This document shows, one piece after another, positions 56,826-64,000 of a stretch of DNA of 64,000 nucleotides. Origin of the DNA: Lama guanicoe (Eukaryota); the NCBI GenBank assembly GCA_013239625.1, contig MU053810.1, forward strand, positions 4,186,071 through 4,250,070. Reading direction: 5' to 3'. The first letter of the stretch is position 1. Every line of letters begins with the position of its first letter. Made by a program: the position numbers and the translations under genes. The notes under the pieces were generated by a model that ran no database searches, was not told the DNA's origin, and worked only from the letters and a program-made list of their open reading frames with translations.

Positions 56826-59156
56826 GAGAGATGGGGGAAAAAGACTGCCCTTAGCATATTCTTCTAAAGAATTAGGATCTACTAATTAATTTCTGATTTT
56901 CTGAGGGAATCCAAGAAACTTCCTCCAGAATTTTTATTGGACTTATTAAGATTCACTCTTGTACTCAAGGCCTCTGGGCTTGTGTATGAAATTGAAATGT
57001 TCTGTTAAAGGAAACCTAGTAGCTTCCATTCTGCACTTAAGTGGAAAAGCCTGAGGACCACTCTTTTTGGAATGTCAGATTTAAAGTATAGAAAAGGGTT
57101 TATATTCAAAGAGGCGGAAAACAAGCTAGAGTTCTATTAGACTAAGAATTAAGAATATATTAGCCCTACAAGAAATGCCTTTCTAAGAGATAAACAAGAT
57201 TAATTTTCAAGTGATTTCTGTGCCTGTATAATATTTTCCTGGGAGCAATTTTGTTTGCTTTAAAAACGATCACCACCAGCTGTCTTAGAAATCCCGTGAT
57301 GGCTCTTTCATCTGGTTACAACCCACCAATCCCCCTTCCCTCCCAGGCCTCTTATATTTTCACAACAATAGAAGATCAAAATTCATTTAAACAGGATGGA
57401 AAACACCCATAAAACAGAGCAAACAGTGTAATAGGAAACAAGACATATACCCATTTTGTACGGATTTGTTGCTCCGCTTAGGTATCAAATGACTTTATTC
57501 CTCAGTGGATTTGATGTGTTTCATAAAACCACATAACTGACAATAGGCTTAAGTAACAACTGAGGGAAGCGGGGTCCAGGGGAAAACATGGGTGACAAAG
57601 TTAGAAAGCTCGGGGTAGGTTTAATGCAGTGAAAATGCGTACCACCTGGTCCGTGTCCTTGCTGGAGGCGGACCTCGGCTGGATGGTACCCACCTTCTCA
57701 GTGGCCAGGGCATTCATCCCACAGTGCCCGGGCTCTCTAAGACGGTGCTGCTAATGAGCTCCTCACCCGAGCAGCTTCCCTGATTCTTGTCTGCAGAGAG
57801 ACTTCTTCCAGGGGACTTCATAGGGAGAATACTGTGATGATGGGAGGGGCTGGGAGAGAAGTCCTGGGCACCACGTGCCTCTTGCATCATCTCTCAGTGA
57901 AGGCCAGTGGTATAAAACTAAGGCCTAATTCAAAAAAAAAAGCTAAGTCCAAAAAACATGGTCCAAATCAAACTTTCTGGTGGTCTGACTCCATCTAAGA
58001 GTTTTACTGAGAATATCCAGAGCAGCATTCCGGAATCTTTTGGGGGTGATAGACCTATTTAATAAGAATAATAATGGCAAATATAAACGGAGCACCTGCC
58101 GTGGACAGGCACCATTCAGAGTGCTTCACTCGCTACCTGAGATGATCTTGTTTACTCTGTGTGGTAAACCCCAGGCATAGGTACTGTTATTAGCCACTGT
58201 TACAGGGTGGAACCTTGAGGCCCCCAAGATAAGTAACTCACCCAAGGGCACACACTTGCGGACCTAGGTATAACTCGCACTTGCGGTCTGAGTTCAGTCT
58301 GCTCTTAACCATTGTACACGACTTCCCAGGCCAAGCCCTATGATAACCTGCTGAAAAGCATTAAGCTGTCTCTCCAGAAAAATACACACGTGGACGTAAA
58401 GACAAAAGTCTGCATCTTTGCGGTGTTCTGATGTTCCCTGAGCATCTTCCAAATAGATTAAAGAGCCCCTGCTTGTGAACGCTGAATGATGGAATGTGAT
58501 TTCGGACCTTCTTGGAAATAGTTCTCTCATCAGGGCTTTGTGGGACTGGAGGGCAGAGAGCTGAGGGCCCTGGTTGATGGCAGCAGTGGGGCTTTAGAAG
58601 TGCTCAGCTGCAGATTAAGAAAGGTCCATGAGTTTTTACAGTCGGGTATGATGTGGGTCAGGCGGGAGTCCTCTCATGAAAGCTGAAGAAGGTCACTGAG
58701 TGGGGTGGTCCTTTTGCTGCACAAGCAGAGAAGTTGGCCAGGGAACCCCTGCAGAAGACTGCTCAGGACTGTCCCAACACATGGATGAAGGACTGATTAA
58801 GGCGCCAAAGGTTTTTGCCTACAATATCATTTTAGCTGGGAAAGACTGTGCTAGCAGTACAATGCGGACCATACGAAAATTTTAATAAAACAGCCACAGT
58901 GTACAGTGTATCTTCCTTTGAAATGATGTGGTTTGCTGGCACCCTCCCTAGATGAACTCTCTGCAGATTGTGCCCCCAGGTGTCTGATTGACTTGACCCG
59001 TTGCACAGAATTAGAGCATCGAGGAATTTAAAGGTTGGAGGACCTCTGACAATGATGGTGGGTTTTGATTTGAGAATAGTTGACCTAACACTATTCTTTC
59101 TACTGTTGTCAGCTGTCTTTTGAAGCAATTATCTCCTGACATTAAAACCAGGAACA

Positions 59157-59297
59157 GGGGGAAGGTGTAGCTCAGTGGTATAGCACATGCTTAGCATTCA
59201 TGAGGTTCTGGGTTCAACCCCTAGTATCTTCTCTAAAAAATTAATAAATAAACCTAATTACCACCACCCCCCTCAAAAAAAAAAAAAGAAAGAAAAC
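59157..59297 (+). mobile_element. tRNA-derived SINE (Vic-1-like)
   Basis: 'ggtgtagctcagtggtatagcacatgcttagcat...ggttcaaccc...aataaataaacctaattacc' plus A tail. Confidence 0.88.
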
Positions 59298-59855
59298 AAA
59301 CACAAGAACAGAGGAGAAACACACCTTTATTCTTAGCCATGCCAGGGAAGTCAACCAAAGGCAGTGTGAAATCACTGGTCTACCCCCTGAAATGAGACTC
59401 CTGACATTGACCCTTCAAGTGGTTTAGGAGGCAGATTCTGCATAAGCGTAAGTAACCATAATGTGATGTTGAGCTCATAGAGTTTTGCAGAAATAATCAT
59501 GGTTGTTATAGCTGATGATCTGACAATCCTCTTCTAAGACCTTTGCGTGGATACTTGGATTTATTCTGCACACCCCGTGAGGTTGTTACTATTGTTACCA
59601 CCCTTATTGTACCGATAAAGGAACTGAAGCCCTTTCCACAAAGTGGGCAAGCATATCATGCCAGTCAAATGTTTTTACAAGGTGATTGAAGGTTCTTTTC
59701 CATGTGGGAAAACTGGACTACCGTTGGCTCAGTGACCTAGAAAGGCAGACTATCAGGGGGAAAAATTATAAGCTTTAGAAGGGACCTTTGATGGAACAGT
59801 GGACTTATACTTTGGAGTAACAAATCATAGCCATCATTAAAGAATGAGATGGACT

Positions 59856-60911
59856 CAACAGCTGAGTTCAGCCATATTTGAACAGTTGAATGCCTGTAGT
59901 GATGCTAGGGTTCACTGCCTAGGCCCCTCTTCATGCCTAAGGCATTTCCCCAGCTGCTGGGAGTGTCACTGCTGGTGGCTCACAGTGGAGTTCGTCCCCA
60001 GGCATTGCCCTTCCTTGTCAAGATTCTGCTTCTTCACCAGGGGTGGCCAACATCCTTTGGCTGGGCAAGGCAGGGGTGTAATGGCCCAGACCCCTGCCTC
60101 AATCTGGGATATCTCTGGAAGGCCACCCCCAGCTCCAGGGCTTCCTCTGGGGTCAACTGAGGCTTCTTTTGCAAATGAGTAGCAGTTTGATTCCTCCCTC
60201 TCCCCTGTCTTGCTGCCCTGGCATCCTGTAACAGTGCTCCTCCCAAGGGCGCTCTTCAGTAAACAGTATGAAGACATATTTTGATCTCAGACTGTTTCTT
60301 GGAGAACCTGATCTATGATATCTATCTTTGTTTACAATTTTCCTTTCTTCAGTTTTAAAACAATGAAAGATTGCTTTCTCATGTCACACAAGACATCTAT
60401 TAAGTTACTTTTTTATGTATAGATCTATTTTTCTTATATCCCACTGCTTTATGGAAGAAATACATCTGTAATTGCATCTTGATAAAAGTACCATGAGAAT
60501 GCCATGATTTTACTTTGTGGCTTTGTGTACACACACACACACACACACATCCAGAGTGACCAAGAAATTGATGCAGACTCATACTATTATATGTCTGTTT
60601 CTGTAAAATTAAAATCATTATATGTAACTTTGGGAAATATTGATATAAAGATGAACAGAAATATAGACATAAAGATAAAAATGTTTTACATACATAAATC
60701 ATTACATATCACTCCATAGGTATACAGACTAAATATAAACAAAACTATAGACACACAGACAAGGACTTAGCCATGGGCATAGATGTGCAATTTTGCTGTT
60801 GGCTCCTGTTTTCAGTGTAACACTGCTTTTTTCCTTCACTGCTGATATTTCCCCTTTCTTAGGAGAATGGGTAGAGTGAAACTGTTCAAATATGGCTGAA
60901 CTCAGCTGTTG
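59856..60911. repeat. Perfect 32-bp inverted repeat pair flanking about 1 kb
   Basis: CAACAGCTGAGTTCAGCCATATTTGAACAGTT (59856-59887) and its exact reverse complement at 60880-60911. Confidence 0.95.
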
Positions 60912-63040
60912 GATGGTTCAGGGAGGGGTATGATTTTATGCTGCTGATGTGCTGCAGAATCCTGCAGGGCAGTGAGTGAATCTATCTTTCCGAGCCCTTT
61001 GTCAATGGCTTGCATTCTGTAGAGGCGAGCAGGCTACAGAGTTGGGTGAGGGGTGCCTTTGAAAGTTCTGAACGTCTTCTCTTCTTGAGAGTGCAGGCTG
61101 GAGGAGCCCCGCACTCAGGTGCTTTGTAGTTGGTTAACATGATACACTATTAGATATTTGAAACATATGAATAAATGTTGGACAATTCCTTGGGTGAACT
61201 TTTTTTTTCATTTTTTTGAAAAGAAAATACATGCATGGGCAGGGCGAACATGAGTCTTGTCCTTGGTGCTTCTATCAGTCTGCGTTTTGCTCTGAGTTCC
61301 TTTTCCAGTTCAGAGGTAGAGATACATGCACACCCTGCCCAGTGTCTCATGCACCAGTGGTGTGTACTGATGAGCGAGCTGGCTGAGTGAAGGTGTGTAG
61401 TCTGAGACGACAGGCCAGACTACGTCACTCTTACGAATCCCTTAGTCAACGAACTCAGTCCTCGTGTGTTGAATGAACCTCAGTTTGAACTCAAGACCAG
61501 GTCCCTGGAAGAGGACATTGTGAGACAAATTCTTCTAGTTAAGATCTCTGATCCTCTGATTGGATGGAAGTCCCAAGACTTTCAACCTAGAGATGTCTGA
61601 GAGTTGATTGAGGGGGGTGTGTGTGTGTGTGTGTGCATGAAAGATGAGTAAGGAGGAGATGTAGAATGGGAAAGCTGTGTAGAAAAGAATGTTGTCATCG
61701 ATCAGTCATGTGGCAGCAAGTAAAAAGGATGTGTATTTTATCTAAGTGTGAATTAAAAATGATGGATAAAAAGTTCAAATTGAAAACTAGTCAAGAAAAA
61801 AAATTGAATTTTTTTTACATTAAACTGGCTGTACTTTTGGATAATAGCATAGAACTGGGTGCTCAGATGGCAATTTTCTACTTTTTTCAGCTCTTGCCCT
61901 AATTACTAACTCTATTCACCTTGGTGATGACCTTCCAGTTTTGCATGCATCATTCTTCCCAAGGATGCCATCTTACAGTCTCATGAATTATTCTGTGAGG
62001 AAAAAAAAAAAAACCTCTCAAGCATCTGGGTGGGTTTTTTCCTTTGGTATTCACATTTCATATTCCATTACTTTCCTCTGTCATCTCTTCTAGGAATAGT
62101 GATTTTTTTTTGCTAACCTAGTTGAATCTTCTTAGGTTCAAACCAACTGTCTTTACTCTTTTGAATGAGTTTAATTTGCGCTGTTACTTTTTCTTTTTGC
62201 CGACTCTTTGAAGATTGCAATCAACTCCTTTTTGGCCTACACTGTACATTTTCAAGTTACTGATTCACTTGCTATGTGGTATATAAATGAAGCTTACAAA
62301 TGCAATTTCTTTGGTTCTTTGGGTTTTTTTCTTTTTTCTTTCTTTTTCCCCCTTCAGCTCTCTGATGTCCCAGCAGTTCTAACCCTGCATTCACAGTATC
62401 TTGGCCCATTTGTGGCTAGGATTTGTTTGAGCACAGTGAACTATATTTCCTTGCTCTAATGAAGCACACTAAATATAACTGCTGTCTCCCCAGCAGGGTA
62501 GCCCTTTCTAAAGAGGGCAGAGCAAATGTTCTCTGAGAGCAGAGAGCTCTCTTAATGAACTCTAAGGGACTGTCTGCATGGGAAGGCCACATCGGTGTGA
62601 AACCCAGCAGCTCACTTCCACTGGGTCAGCTGCTCCTGTCTTGCACGGAGCCCTTCTGGCCTTCTGAATGCACACGTTCACTCTCTTGTTTACGTTTTGG
62701 TTAGTTTAGTGCATCGGTGACCTGGATAACACAGTCAGCTGTGCTTTCAACACTCATTTTGTACTTTCTGAAATGGAGGAGTCACAGATTTGAAGAGTCC
62801 ACAGCCTGGATGAAGGTCACAAAATATTACTATTAGAGATGGAAACTGAATGTAGAGTCCACCTCTAAATGAAGTTTCTTCAAATAGAGATGTGCTGTTA
62901 CCTGGAATGTTGGGGAATGAAACCTGGGCCATTATTACTCTGGCACAGGGTAGGGGAGTGAATTAGGGGTGTGATTGCAGGAGAAGTCTGGGAGCCAGAA
63001 TCCCACCTGCATGTGGAGTTTTTAATAGCCAGATAAGGAG

Positions 63041-63183
63041 GGATGGGGAGGGTATAGCTCAAGTGGTAGAGCACATGGTTAGTATGCACAAAGTCTTGGG
63101 TTCAATCCCCAGTACCTCCTCTAAAAATAAATAAACCTAATTACCTCCCTCCCCCAACTTAAAAAAAAAGGAAAAAAAAAACA
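63041..63183 (+). mobile_element. tRNA-derived SINE (Vic-1-like) with degenerate 17-bp TSD
   Basis: A/B boxes, 'cctaattacc' and A tail. TSD aatagccagataaggag 63024-63040 vs attagccatataaggag 63184-63200 (15/17). Confidence 0.9.
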
Positions 63184-64000
63184 ATTAGCCATATAAGGAG
63201 ATTGACATTATCCTTCAAGTAAATGGGTGCCCATTAAAGGCAAGGTGATCATATTTGTGTGTAGAAATATTGGATGAAGATGACTGAGTTGGTGTGAAAC
63301 AGCCCTGGCCTTTTGCTTCAACACACAGGAATGTCAAAATAATAGAAAAAGGCAAATACCTAGGCCAGGTTCGAAACAGAGAAGTGGAACTCCCTAGCTG
63401 TCAGCAATGAAGAGGAACTCAAAGCCAGATCAGTGAGCAGGAGCTGAATCTTAAATGGACCATGAAAGAAAGCTAGAAAGATGTAGACCTTAACTGCTGG
63501 CAACTGAAGTTTTAAGTCCCATGGAGAGGGAGTTCAGGCCACAGTCTCAGATCTGAGCTACATGCACCAAACCAGGGGTCCTAAAGAGCTGCTTGGCTCA
63601 TTAACCAAAGGCCTGAGAAAACTGTGCACCGGCTCAGGGAGTTGGTGACCAAGCACACTAGGCCTCTGGGGCAATGGGGGAAAACATCACCAAAGAGAAA
63701 TGAGAACTCCAGGCCATTGTCACTGCAGATTTACACTGTCTGTGTGGTAGAGGATCTAGTATTGAGAGATTAACGTGAAAAACCATTCTGGCACAGGAGG
63801 AAGAGGTAGACCTCTGGCAGAAGCATATGCGACCATCACATGGATATTCTTCCCAATAAAAGTAATGGGAAAACAGTTCCCGCTGAAAACGAGCTTGCAC
63901 TCAAAAAGTGCACACCATGCGGGTAACGAAGTACCACGGAGAGAATTAGAAGACCCACCAAGTGGGAGGATGTAGGTGCCAGGAACTAGAAATGACATAA

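Noticed and set aside
59856..60911. MITE or DNA transposon with 32-bp TIRs
   Set aside because: No flanking TSD, a heterogeneous ancient interior, and perfect repeats that do not fit the age of DNA transposons seen here. An inversion scar is preferred.

Overview
Mammalian genomic DNA, probably camelid (inferred from tRNA-derived SINEs resembling the camelid Vic-1 family). It is repeat-rich (L1, L2, MIR, MaLR/ERVL LTRs, Tigger) and I could not support any spliced host-gene exon. It holds three intronless mRNA retrocopies: EGLN2/PHD1 (minus strand, one frameshift in a G11 run), BECN1 (plus strand, dead, inserted into an old L1 with a 12-bp TSD) and AKT3 (plus strand). The AKT3 copy is the main finding. 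Its 479-codon ORF (52541-53980) is intact, and I count 59 amino-acid differences from human AKT3 (reference recalled from memory). Catalytic, lipid-binding and phospho-regulatory residues are kept, while changes fall on known AKT gain-of-function positions: E17K, C76F, Q78R, W79G, V183F, N229S and R465Q. This suggests a selected, de-repressed AKT3 retrogene. Other structure includes two near-perfect tandem duplications (about 482 and 317 bp), a perfect 32-bp inverted repeat flanking about 1 kb, and a nested 5'-inverted L1. All reference comparisons and repeat-family calls are by eye and need alignment to confirm.
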